A stretch of DNA of 64,000 nt from Candidatus Omnitrophota bacterium (GTDB taxonomy: Bacteria > Omnitrophota > Gorgyraeia > Zapsychrales > Zapsychraceae), in assembly GCA_003528115.1 (NCBI GenBank), contig DOGZ01000017.1, forward strand, positions 8,795-72,794, in the 5' to 3' direction. A model generated the notes under the pieces. It worked only from the letters and a program-made list of their open reading frames with translations, had not been told where the DNA came from and made no database searches. Positions 8,763-18,047 of this stretch are shown piece by piece. Numbering within the stretch: the stretch's first letter is position 1; the number at the start of each line of letters is the position of its first letter. The position numbers and the translations under genes are program-made.

Positions 8763-9494
8763 ATGCGACCTGTTCTTGTTTGTCCGATTGCCTACAATGA
8801 GAATGTCAAGCTGAAGAATGCCATTGAGCGTTTCTTGAAAAGCGGCGTGAAAGATCGGGCAGATTATTTGATTATCGATGATGCCTCGGATGACGGCACG
8901 ACGGAGATGATTCAATCATACGCCGGGCAAGGGGTCAGGACCATCAAGCATGCCCAACGGCAAGGCGTGGGATCCGCGATCCGGACGGGGATCAGATTTG
9001 CCCAAAAAGAAGGGTATGACGTGTTGGTTATTATGGCGGGTAATGATAAAGATAATCCCCAAGAGATCCCGCGCTTGATTGATCCTATCATGAAAGAGGG
9101 TTATGATTTTGTTCAGGGATCACGTTATAAAGGGCCTACAGGCATAGGCGGGGATATGCCGTTTTACCGCAAGGTAGCTACCAGGGTGCATCCTTGGCTG
9201 ATGTCTTTGATAACGCGACGGAGATTAACGGATACAACCAACGGTTTCAGGGCTTTTAAACTTGCGTTCTTTGAGGATATACGTATGAATATTGATCAGG
9301 CGTGGTTGAATCAATATGAACTGGAGCCGTATTTGTTGTATAAGGCTATCCAATTGGGATATAAATTTACTGAAGTCCCGGTGACGAAAATTTACCCCGC
9401 GAAGAAATTGGGGTATACAAAGATGAAACCGTTAACCGGCTGGTGGAGCATATTACGGCCGGTTATTTATTTAGGTCTTGGGATCAAGAAATAG
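8763..9494 (+). CDS. GT2 family glycosyltransferase, polyprenyl-phosphate sugar synthase-like (DPM1/ArnC/GtrB-like)
   Basis: GT-A motifs are present: IIDDASDDGT and the DXD region. The start was chosen at the internal ATG (MRPVLVCPIAYNE). Confidence 0.7.
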   Translation: MRPVLVCPIAYNENVKLKNAIERFLKSGVKDRADYLIIDDASDDGTTEMIQSYAGQGVRTIKHAQRQGVGSAIRTGIRFAQKEGYDVLVIMAGNDKDNPQEIPRLIDPIMKEGYDFVQGSRYKGPTGIGGDMPFYRKVATRVHPWLMSLITRRRLTDTTNGFRAFKLAFFEDIRMNIDQAWLNQYELEPYLLYKAIQLGYKFTEVPVTKIYPAKKLGYTKMKPLTGWWSILRPVIYLGLGIKK

Positions 9495-9545
9495 GTGAAC
9501 GTGCAGGCCATTTGTCATGAAACCTTACAGGGAGAGGACAGAACG

Positions 9546-9818
9546 ATGATCAGAAAATATGTGCCATTATTTTTGATTCTTCTGCTAGCCGGGTGTGTGT
9601 ATGAGGGAAAGCCGTTAGGTCATTATATTGAGAATCCGGGTTCTTTAATGGAGGATCCGCATTTTGCGGAGTATCAGAAAAATCGTGATGTCTTGGAGAG
9701 TGAATATTTGCAGAAAAAGATTACTTACGCGGAATATATGGAGAGTAAGAATAAATTAGATGAAAAATACGCCCAAGAAGTTCAAGAGAGAAACGCCAAA
9801 ATAATCTCACAGGAATAA
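9546..9818 (+). CDS. Small lipoprotein
   Basis: The signal peptide carries a lipobox (LLLAGC). Start taken at the internal ATG. Confidence 0.4.
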   Translation: MIRKYVPLFLILLLAGCVYEGKPLGHYIENPGSLMEDPHFAEYQKNRDVLESEYLQKKITYAEYMESKNKLDEKYAQEVQERNAKIISQE

Positions 9819-9885
9819 GTGAGAAAAAATGTAAGGAGCGATGGAATGAACTGCTGATCAGCGGTCACACCATTTCAGGAAAACT

Positions 9886-10626
9886 ATGCGCCTCTACGGT
9901 AAGAATCCAGCCAGCGAGCGGTTAAAATCCAACCCTAAAAGTATCAGAAAGATTTATCTTCAAGAGGGATTCGATGACGCGGCCTATTTCCACATGAAAG
10001 CGAAACAGTGGGCTATCCCCGTCATGGTTATTCCCAGATCCCGGATGCTTAAGATCGCCAGGAATGTCAATACCCAAGGCATCTTGGTGGATGTCGAAGA
10101 TTTTTCTTATGTGCCGTTTGATGAACTCTTGGAACAATCCCGCAAAAAGCGAAGGACTCTTTTATTTCTGGATGAAGTGAATGATCCGCAAAATTTAGGC
10201 GCGATCATGCGCTCGGCCGCCTGTCTTGGGAATTTTTCTATTATCCTGCCAACACATGACTCTGTGAGTGTTACGGAAGCCGTATTGCGCGTGGCCTCGG
10301 GGGGAGATAATTTTGTGGCCGTGGCGAAAGTGGCCAATTTAGGTCAGGCGATTAAATCGGCCAAGGAGTCCGGATATTTTATTTTTGGCGCTGTCGTTAA
10401 AGGCGGTCAGCGTCTGGAGGAAGTCTCCTTGCCGTCACCTGTCGGGCTGGTGGTTGGTTCTGAGCAAAAAGGGATTCGAGATGTCATCTTAAAACATCTG
10501 GATTTGCCCGTGACGATCCCGATGGCTGTCGACAGATTGTCGTTGAATGTCGCTCATGCCGTCACCATTTTATGTTATGAAATCACGAGACAAAGGTGGG
10601 AACATGAAAAACAAAAAGCCAAGTGA
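9886..10626 (+). CDS. rlmB: 23S rRNA (guanosine-2'-O)-methyltransferase RlmB (SpoU/TrmH family)
   Basis: The N-terminal domain is RlmB-like (LYGKNP...IRKIYL) and the SPOUT motifs are present (GAIMRSA; VVGSEQKGI; LNVAHA). Confidence 0.75.
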   Translation: MRLYGKNPASERLKSNPKSIRKIYLQEGFDDAAYFHMKAKQWAIPVMVIPRSRMLKIARNVNTQGILVDVEDFSYVPFDELLEQSRKKRRTLLFLDEVNDPQNLGAIMRSAACLGNFSIILPTHDSVSVTEAVLRVASGGDNFVAVAKVANLGQAIKSAKESGYFIFGAVVKGGQRLEEVSLPSPVGLVVGSEQKGIRDVILKHLDLPVTIPMAVDRLSLNVAHAVTILCYEITRQRWEHEKQKAK

Positions 10627-11194
10627 TTTCGCGGCTCTTAATCTTTTTGCTGAAATTGGACTGTTGAAGAAAATCAAGCGTAGCGGCTGGTGGGTCGTAG
10701 GGATCAAGGATCCGGAAAGTGTCGCCGAGCACTCTTTTCGCTGCGCCATCATGGGATATTATATGGCTCATGAAGAAGGGGCGGATCCGTCTAAGGTTGT
10801 CATGATGGCTCTTTTTAACGATATCCATGAGGCGCGTATTAATGATTTGCATAAAATGGGGCATTATTACATAGATTTCAAGAAGGCAGAAAAAAAGGTA
10901 TTTGAAGACCAGGTCAAGCATCTGCGAAAACCCGTGAAGGAGGAATTAGAGGCTGTACGGCGGGAATATGATCTTCAGGTCACGAAGGAAAGCGTCGTCG
11001 CCAGAGATGCGGATATCCTGGAGTGTCTGCTTCAGGCCAAAGAATATTATGATAGTGGGCATGAGAAAGCGAAAAGATTTTTCCAACGGGCCCCGGAGCA
11101 TCTAAAAACAAAATCCGCCCGGAAAATTTGGAATCAGATCAAACGGTGGGATAGCGGGGAGTGGTGGGAAGAGGTGGTTAAGTTTGAACGTTAG
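10604..11194 (+). CDS. HD-domain hydrolase (YfbR-like 5'-deoxynucleotidase family)
   Basis: It carries the SVAEHSFR...ALFNDIHEARINDLH HD motif and overlaps the end of rlmB. Confidence 0.7.
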   Translation: MKNKKPSDFAALNLFAEIGLLKKIKRSGWWVVGIKDPESVAEHSFRCAIMGYYMAHEEGADPSKVVMMALFNDIHEARINDLHKMGHYYIDFKKAEKKVFEDQVKHLRKPVKEELEAVRREYDLQVTKESVVARDADILECLLQAKEYYDSGHEKAKRFFQRAPEHLKTKSARKIWNQIKRWDSGEWWEEVVKFER

Positions 11195-12071
11195 CGAATT
11201 AACTAAAGACCAACGACTCAAGACAAATGACCGAGGATCGAGCATCAAGGACAAGAGACAAGGGGTTAAGGACTGTTTCTCTCTGTTCCGGTTCCATCTT
11301 TTAAAGATTTTTTGTCTTTGGTCTTTGGTTTTTGGTCTTTTTTTTCTGACAGGCTGCGCCTCGCTGGGCACGTACAATACCGCTACAGGCCGACGGGAGT
11401 TCATTATCATCCCTACTTCTTCTGAGGTGGTCATGGGGCAGGACATCCATCGGGATATCCTGAAAGAGAATGAATTATCAAACCGCCAGGACCAGATTGA
11501 GAGAGTGCGTCGAGTGGGACAGCGTTTAGCTCAAGTCTCCGATCGGCAGGATTACCAATACCGTTTTTTTGTCATTGAAAAAAATGAAATAAACGCTTTT
11601 ACGACTCCCGGAGGGAATGTTTATATTTACAGCGGCTTATTGGACAAATTAAAAACAGATGATCAGATCGCCGCGGTATTGGCTCATGAAATCGGGCATT
11701 GTGCCGCACGCCATACAATCAAGAAGTTTCAGGCCGCGGTCAGTTATGACCTTATAGGCAATATTATTTTAAGCCAGGTGGAAACGAGTGATCAGATCAA
11801 ACGCATCGCTTCTTTGAGTTCCGGGGCCGTCATGAGCCTCGTTTTTTCAGCTTATGGCCGCAAGGATGAATATGAGGCTGACCGGCTCGGCGTTCGATAT
11901 ATGTATTTGGCGGACTATGATCTCCAGGGGATGATAGAAACTCTCCAAGTCCTTAAACAGGAATCAAAGGGGGAGGATGTTCCGCTTATCCTGCGGACTC
12001 ATCCGTATCTGAATGACCGACTCGAAGCGGTTAAAAAAGAAATAGATAACGTAAAGACCCGATATGAATAG
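11184..12071 (+). CDS. M48-family zinc metallopeptidase lipoprotein (BepA/LoiP-like)
   Basis: HEIGH zinc motif and a lipobox LTGC are present. The true start may lie downstream of 11184. Confidence 0.7.
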   Translation: MNVSELTKDQRLKTNDRGSSIKDKRQGVKDCFSLFRFHLLKIFCLWSLVFGLFFLTGCASLGTYNTATGRREFIIIPTSSEVVMGQDIHRDILKENELSNRQDQIERVRRVGQRLAQVSDRQDYQYRFFVIEKNEINAFTTPGGNVYIYSGLLDKLKTDDQIAAVLAHEIGHCAARHTIKKFQAAVSYDLIGNIILSQVETSDQIKRIASLSSGAVMSLVFSAYGRKDEYEADRLGVRYMYLADYDLQGMIETLQVLKQESKGEDVPLILRTHPYLNDRLEAVKKEIDNVKTRYE

Positions 12072-12220
12072 GTTCTCCAAAATCATGCACCAAACCACAA
12101 AAAAACCTCAAATTCGAGTTTTAGATTAAAAAATTAATGATACAATGAAGCCATTACAGCCTCGACAAAAAACGCGATAGGCTCAATATAGAAGACTGTA
12201 TTTTAAACACGGGAATAGCG

Positions 12221-12520
12221 ATGAAGCGTATAGGTGTTGCCGCGAGCAAGATGGCCAAGGGCAATCTTGTTCTTTATAATTGTTATGTAGTGCTTATCTC
12301 ATTCTTATTTTCGTTATTTATTTTAATTGTGGCCGGTTCCAGTGTCGTGTTGGCCATTATCATCTTGGCTTATGTGGCCAATGAAATTATGGGTGTTGAG
12401 TTGGAGAAAAGCTGGTCATCCATCCTCAGTGTCTGCATGGTTTCGTTGACGGTTATTATTGCGGTATTTAATTTGTTTGCCATATCCCAAAATATAAAAC
12501 TCCCTAAAAACCAGGATTAA
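12221..12520 (+). CDS. Small two-TM membrane protein
   Basis: 99 aa, hydrophobic. It lies upstream of the sensor kinase. Confidence 0.3.
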   Translation: MKRIGVAASKMAKGNLVLYNCYVVLISFLFSLFILIVAGSSVVLAIIILAYVANEIMGVELEKSWSSILSVCMVSLTVIIAVFNLFAISQNIKLPKNQD

Positions 12521-12545
12521 TTTTTTTATACTCATTGGCACGCCT

Positions 12546-14858
12546 ATGACTGGAGAAAAAATCAACTATCGTGATTTGATGGATCATTTGCACGATGGGG
12601 TCTGTCGTTGTTCCATCGGTTTCAAAGTGGGTGTTCTTTATATGAATGCCTCTATGGGCAAGATGTTGGGATACGCGGCCAAAGAAATAAGCGGGCTAAA
12701 GGTGGAGGAAATTTTCGTTGAACGCCGGACTTTCCAATCCTTTTATAAAAAAATTTTAGAAGAGGGAACCGTCAGGAATTTTGAAGTGCGTTTTAAGAAA
12801 AAGGAAGGGAAATCTTTTTGGGGATCGCTTTCAGCGGTGGCAATCCGGGACAAGGGCGGTCGCGTCAAATGGTTTGATATGAGTGTCAGGGACATTTCCG
12901 CCAGTAAGAGATATGAAAAAGAATTGATTGAATCCAAAGAACTGTTTCAGACCGTTTTTAATAATACCGCCGCGGCCATTACGGTGACGGATCAAGATGA
13001 AAAAATCGTGGCCTGGAATCCTTATGCGGAAAAATTGCTTCAGATGACAAAGGAAGAACTTTTTAATAAATCCGTGAAAGAGTTGTACCCGCCGGCGGAA
13101 TGGAGAAGATTGCGCAATTTGAACATTCGAAAAAAAGGGATGCTGGCGGATATTGACACCAAAATTTGCAAAAAAGACGGCAGCCTGGCGGATGTCAATA
13201 TTTCTGTTTCTGTTCTGCAGAACTCCGATGGCCAGGTGATCGGCGCTATCGGCATCATCTGTGATATCACTAAACAAAAGGCCGCGGAGAGAAGAATTAA
13301 AGAATCTGAAAATAAAATCCGTGTGATTTTGGATAATTCCGCCGTGGCGATCACGTTGACTGATGAAAATGAAAAAATCATTTCCTGGAACAAGTTCACG
13401 GAGCATCTCTTGGGGATGAAAAGAAAAGATCTTTATATGAAGCCGGTGGACTCTCTTTATCCCGTTGAGGAATGGCAAATGATACGCGCGGAGAATATCC
13501 GTAAATTAGGATCCAAACACCATTTGGAGACCAAGGTTATCAAGAAAAGCGGTGAGATCATTGATGTCGACATATCCGTCAATGTCCTTAAGGACGCCAA
13601 GAATAAGATTGTTGGTTCTGTCGGGATCATGCAGGATATTACGAAACAAAAGCGGTTCCAAGAGATGCTTATTCAGGCTAAATTATCCGCCGAGGACGCC
13701 AACAGCGCCAAGTCGCTGTTTCTGGCCAACATGTCCCACGAGATCCGTACACCGATGAATACAATCTTGGGAATGATTGATTTAACCCTGGATACACCGT
13801 TACTTGAAGAACAAAAGGATAATCTTCGGGTCGCCCGGGAGGCGACGGACAATTTGCTGGGTCTTCTGAATGATATTTTGGACTTGTCCAAAGTCGAGGC
13901 CGGAAAGATCAAGCTCGAGAATATAGAGTTTCATTTGCACAATGTGGCCAGAAGCGTGGTCAAGGGGTTATCGGTGCTGGCCAAAATCAAGCAACTCGAA
14001 TTGATTTTGAATATCCATCCGGATGTCCCTGAGCTTATTGAGGGGGATCCGGTGCGGTTACGTCAGATTTTAATTAATTTGATAAATAATGCGATTAAGT
14101 TTACCCATAAAGGGAAAATCACCACAGCGATAAAAGTTTCTAAGAAGAATCAAGAAAATGTTGAATTGGACTTTTGTGTGACGGATGAAGGAATCGGAAT
14201 CCCTGAGGATAAGCAGGGTAAAATTTTTGAGCTTTTTAGCCAGGCGGATGATTCAACGGCGCGTCACTATGGGGGGACCGGTTTGGGATTGGCCATCTCT
14301 AAACGCCTAGTCGAGATGATGGGCGGTCGAATTTGGGTGGAGAGTGAAGAGCATAAGGGAAGCGCATTTCATTTTACGGGTATTTTTAAAGCGCCGAAGC
14401 CTAATCTTGCCCTTTCTCGTTCCGGGCCAGGGGATACGGATGGAGCGCAGGTCTCCCAAGAACAACTTAAAGATTTGCGTATCCTTTTGGCTGAAGATAA
14501 TGTCGTGAATCAAAAAATCGCCGTGCGTATTTTAGAGAAATATGGCTGGCAGGTTGATGCCGTTGACAATGGACAAAAGGTTATCGATATTCTAAATAAT
14601 AAGCGATTTGATGTGGTTCTGATGGATGCCCAGATGCCTATTCTCGATGGTCTGGAGACAACAAGATTAATTAGAAGGAGTGAACAAAAAACCGGCAAAC
14701 GTATCCCGATCATTGCCCTGACAGCCCGCGCCATGGATGATGATAAAAAGAAATGTTTAGAGGCAGGAATGGACGGCTATGTCTCCAAACCGATAGATCG
14801 GAAAACACTTTTTGAAGAAATTATTAATGTTGTTAAAAAAGGAAGGTCCCATGAGTGA
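12546..14858 (+). CDS. Hybrid sensor histidine kinase (3 PAS/PAC, HisKA, HATPase_c, C-terminal REC)
   Basis: The H-box is SHEIRTPMN, the G-boxes are GTGLGLAI, and a receiver domain follows (LLAEDN...VLMDAQMP). Confidence 0.85.
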   Translation: MTGEKINYRDLMDHLHDGVCRCSIGFKVGVLYMNASMGKMLGYAAKEISGLKVEEIFVERRTFQSFYKKILEEGTVRNFEVRFKKKEGKSFWGSLSAVAIRDKGGRVKWFDMSVRDISASKRYEKELIESKELFQTVFNNTAAAITVTDQDEKIVAWNPYAEKLLQMTKEELFNKSVKELYPPAEWRRLRNLNIRKKGMLADIDTKICKKDGSLADVNISVSVLQNSDGQVIGAIGIICDITKQKAAERRIKESENKIRVILDNSAVAITLTDENEKIISWNKFTEHLLGMKRKDLYMKPVDSLYPVEEWQMIRAENIRKLGSKHHLETKVIKKSGEIIDVDISVNVLKDAKNKIVGSVGIMQDITKQKRFQEMLIQAKLSAEDANSAKSLFLANMSHEIRTPMNTILGMIDLTLDTPLLEEQKDNLRVAREATDNLLGLLNDILDLSKVEAGKIKLENIEFHLHNVARSVVKGLSVLAKIKQLELILNIHPDVPELIEGDPVRLRQILINLINNAIKFTHKGKITTAIKVSKKNQENVELDFCVTDEGIGIPEDKQGKIFELFSQADDSTARHYGGTGLGLAISKRLVEMMGGRIWVESEEHKGSAFHFTGIFKAPKPNLALSRSGPGDTDGAQVSQEQLKDLRILLAEDNVVNQKIAVRILEKYGWQVDAVDNGQKVIDILNNKRFDVVLMDAQMPILDGLETTRLIRRSEQKTGKRIPIIALTARAMDDDKKKCLEAGMDGYVSKPIDRKTLFEEIINVVKKGRSHE

Positions 14859-15201
14859 AGAAGTCATCGATGTGCCAGAGTTTCTAGAAAGAGTCCAGGA
14901 TGATAAAGAGCTTCTTTTTGAGCTGCTTGACATTTTTGTCGGGGATTACCGGGGAAAAAGGAAATCGCTCGGCGAGGCTATTAAGAAAAATGATTATGAA
15001 GAGGTCAGGATGATTGCCCATTCGTTAAAGGGGGCTTCGGGGAACGTTTCGGCCAAGGCCCTTAGGCAGACTTTTATCAAGATCGAAGAGATGAGAAAGC
15101 AAAATGACTATACAGGCGCAGAAGAGACATTAAAAACCATGGATCAAAGGTTTGAAGAATTGTTGAAACGGATCAGTGTCTTGAAAGAGGAATTAAAGTA
15201 A
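14851..15201 (+). CDS. Hpt histidine phosphotransfer protein
   Basis: Contains the HSLKGASGNVSA Hpt motif. The ATG overlaps the kinase stop. Confidence 0.7.
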   Translation: MSEEVIDVPEFLERVQDDKELLFELLDIFVGDYRGKRKSLGEAIKKNDYEEVRMIAHSLKGASGNVSAKALRQTFIKIEEMRKQNDYTGAEETLKTMDQRFEELLKRISVLKEELK

Positions 15202-15260
15202 AGAAAATGGCTTTAATTGAATTGCTGAATCGAGGGATTTAAATCCTGCCCTCTGAACCC

Positions 15261-17210
15261 TTGACTTCAGTGAAAGATTCATTGATATCCAAGAAGTGGC
15301 TTCCTATTCGTTTATTGAGTTTTCTTCCCATTGCCCTTATCTTATTTTTTTTAGGAGGGACAACCTATTTTTTTGCCGTTTTTCATCCCTTCGTTCATGA
15401 TGACGTCGTTTTTATCCAAACGAATCCGCGCATCGCAGAATTCAATCTGAAAACAATTTTTTTCACGACAGTGGCCGGTCATTCCGACACGGCTCTGATC
15501 AATGATTATTACCGTCCCTTATTGGAAGTGTTTTACAGGCTTCAATATCAAATATTTCGTCTCAATCCCCATGGTTACCACCTGATGAATATCCTGGTTC
15601 ATATTCTCAACAGTGTGATGGTGTTTCATATTATTTCCTTTATGGGAAAAAGGAAGAGGGACATGGAGAGCCTGACGGGCAATTCGTCAGAGGATTTCTT
15701 GAATCAGGATACGTTATCAACGGCTTTGACATCCTCCGGGGTTCTTGGATCGTTCGCCGGGAACGGATTAGCTTTAGGCGTTGCCGTTCTTTTTCTTGTC
15801 CATCCGGTTCAATCCGAAGCCGTCGCCTGTATTTCCGGGATTTCCAATCTATTATTTGCCTTCTTATGTTTACTGAGTTTTTATTTATACCTTTTGACAA
15901 AAGAAAACATGGCCGACCTTCGATCGCGCAGAGCGCTTTATTTGTATGGAGGTTCTTTGATGAGCTTTCTTTTAGCTCTTGGGGCCAAAGAGCAGGCCGT
16001 TGTCCTGCCGGTGCTTATTGCTTTGTATGAAGTATGTTTCCCCGCGTCTCATCGAGAGAAATGGGGCCGTCCCCTTCTGCAATGGGCGGGGTATGGGGTG
16101 GTGCTGGCAGGGTATTTCATTTTCAGAAAAACTATGGTGGGTTTTAATCCGGGTTCTTTTCTGAATTTTAATGATGAGTTTTGGTTACGGATAGAATCTA
16201 TTCCGCGGACGCTTCTTATGTACGGGTCTCTTATTTTCTCCCCGCGGGATTTACATTACTATCGGAGTACCGACATCCTTCAACCCTTTGCAGGGCCTCT
16301 CGTGGGCCTGCTGGGTGTTCTCACGCTTATCGCGATGATTATTTTTTATGTTCCAGTAACCTGCCGGCGCGTACTTATTTTTAGTATGGGCTGGTTCCTT
16401 ATTTCTCTTTTGCCAACGTTGAATATTCTTCCTTTGATCAATGAATATTCGTACATTTTAACCGCGGAGCATTTTTTATATCTTCCTATGATAGGGATCG
16501 TCTTATTTGTGTTGACTGTGGGGCAATATGGATTGAAGCGGATGCGTCCCAAGATAGGTTCTTGGGTGGGGCCCGCGGTGCTTGGCGTGATAAGTTTTAT
16601 GTTTATGACTTCAACGATAGAACAAAATACGTATTGGCGAGGAGAGATTCCTTTGTTCGAAAGGACTCTGCGCTTTGAGAAATTAGGACGTGTCCATATT
16701 TTGCTGGGCAAGGCGTATTATTTTAATGGGCAATTGGATAAAGCGATCGAAGAGTTGGAAAAGGCGCTGCATATTATCCAGGGGTATATCGCGAAGGTTA
16801 AAGACGAGAGGGTATTAAATTATTATAGAGGATTGGTTAAAGGGGTCTATTTTGATCTTGCCCATTGTTATGAAGGGCTGGGGGCCAGGACCCAATCGCT
16901 GAATCAGTATCTGAAGGCCTCGGCGATCGATCCCAACGACGGCGTTTTACAAAATAATATCGGGGTCAATTATCTTCTCCTTAAGGAGATCGATAAAGCG
17001 ATGGAACATTTTCAAAAGGCGGTTTCTTTAGACTCAAATGATTTGATGGCCATGAATAATTTGGCTTTGTGTTATCTGGAAAGGAAAGAAGAGGATAAGG
17101 CCGAGCAAATTTTAAGAGAAATCTTAAAGAAGAAACCTCAAGACCTCTCAGCGAGGAAGAATTTGGAGAGATTGCTTTCCAGGAAGCAGACCATAGAGAA
17201 GAACCCATAG
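15261..17210 (+). CDS. TMTC-like GT-C glycosyltransferase: DUF1736 polytopic N-domain plus C-terminal TPR repeats
   Basis: The first loop has a DD motif (HPFVHDDVVF). The HPVQSEAV signature of DUF1736/TMTC is present. The C-terminal part has about 6 TPR repeats. The start codon is TTG or GTG and uncertain. Confidence 0.6.
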   Translation: MTSVKDSLISKKWLPIRLLSFLPIALILFFLGGTTYFFAVFHPFVHDDVVFIQTNPRIAEFNLKTIFFTTVAGHSDTALINDYYRPLLEVFYRLQYQIFRLNPHGYHLMNILVHILNSVMVFHIISFMGKRKRDMESLTGNSSEDFLNQDTLSTALTSSGVLGSFAGNGLALGVAVLFLVHPVQSEAVACISGISNLLFAFLCLLSFYLYLLTKENMADLRSRRALYLYGGSLMSFLLALGAKEQAVVLPVLIALYEVCFPASHREKWGRPLLQWAGYGVVLAGYFIFRKTMVGFNPGSFLNFNDEFWLRIESIPRTLLMYGSLIFSPRDLHYYRSTDILQPFAGPLVGLLGVLTLIAMIIFYVPVTCRRVLIFSMGWFLISLLPTLNILPLINEYSYILTAEHFLYLPMIGIVLFVLTVGQYGLKRMRPKIGSWVGPAVLGVISFMFMTSTIEQNTYWRGEIPLFERTLRFEKLGRVHILLGKAYYFNGQLDKAIEELEKALHIIQGYIAKVKDERVLNYYRGLVKGVYFDLAHCYEGLGARTQSLNQYLKASAIDPNDGVLQNNIGVNYLLLKEIDKAMEHFQKAVSLDSNDLMAMNNLALCYLERKEEDKAEQILREILKKKPQDLSARKNLERLLSRKQTIEKNP

Positions 17211-17226
17211 AAGTGAGGTGACAGGG

Positions 17227-17907
17227 ATGTCCTTTGTGAATTTTATAGTTTTGATGGCGATCGTTTTGATTTTGATCCTTCTGGGTGTGCTTTTTTATTG
17301 GCCTATAGAAAAGAAAGACGCGAAGAAAAAGAAAATATCCAAAGAGGAAGAGCCGAAACAAAAAGACTGGCAGCAGACAGCGCAGAGGCTTGAGAAACAT
17401 ATTCATGCGTTGCGCGGTGAGTTGGAGATCTCTCAGCAAAAAGAAAAGGCGGGGGAGAAGCAGATTTTGATCGAAAAGGCAAAAAATAAGAAATTAGAAG
17501 AAAAAGTGGCGCAGGAGAGGGGTTGGCACGAGACAGAGCAGAAGGAGATGGATAAAAGAATTAAAGAGATGGGGGATTTGAAAGAGGAATTCATGAAACT
17601 TCAGGGGATTTTTACCGCTGAACATGCCGTCAATTTGCGTCAGGAGCGCGAGTTAAAAGACCTCAAAAGAGAACGGGATTCTCTTAATGACCAAAGAAGA
17701 GCGCTTGAGGCAGAAAACGCGCAGGCAAAAGCGGAGTTGGGGAATTATAAAAAAGACCTGAGTCAATTCAAACGGGAAAATATGGAGTTGATGAAAAAGA
17801 AAGAAGATACCGTTTGGATCGCTAAATCGGACTATGAGAAACTTCAGCAGTTAGTCAACGAAAAAGATAAAGAATTACAAAGGATGAAGAGAGAGGCAAA
17901 CGAATAA
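17227..17907 (+). CDS. Membrane-anchored coiled-coil protein
   Basis: One N-terminal TM helix followed by a long K/E-rich heptad region. RBS GTGAGG upstream of the ATG. Confidence 0.4.
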   Translation: MSFVNFIVLMAIVLILILLGVLFYWPIEKKDAKKKKISKEEEPKQKDWQQTAQRLEKHIHALRGELEISQQKEKAGEKQILIEKAKNKKLEEKVAQERGWHETEQKEMDKRIKEMGDLKEEFMKLQGIFTAEHAVNLRQERELKDLKRERDSLNDQRRALEAENAQAKAELGNYKKDLSQFKRENMELMKKKEDTVWIAKSDYEKLQQLVNEKDKELQRMKREANE

Positions 17908-17938
17908 TAAGAGGGAGAGTATAAGTTAAGATTGAGAT

Positions 17939-17966
17939 AAAATTCATTTTATGTATAATGAAATTG
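17939..17966 (+). promoter_or_regulatory. AT-rich palindrome (Fur/PerR-box-like) overlapping a TATAAT upstream of ferritin
   Basis: AAATTCATT-n9-AATGAAATT is a near-perfect inverted repeat with TATAAT in its centre. Confidence 0.3.
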
Positions 17967-18047
17967 CGTTGAGGGCCTATGAAGTCTGCGCAGGTTGGCG
18001 GACAAAAAATATATCCCACTACTCAAGGATGGGGAGAGGAGATAGAG

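Noticed and set aside
11290-11345. Short direct repeats (TCTTTGGT x3) and a T-run
   Set aside because: They lie inside the signal-peptide coding region of the M48 peptidase, which is Leu/Phe-rich. This is not a CRISPR or regulatory repeat. No CRISPR array was found anywhere in the window.
12831-13478. 215-aa minus-strand ORF, with others at 13040-13399, 13673-13912 and 14307-14734, inside the hybrid histidine-kinase gene
   Set aside because: They are antisense to a strongly supported multi-domain gene. Their products are low-complexity with no recognisable motifs. These are typical shadow ORFs.
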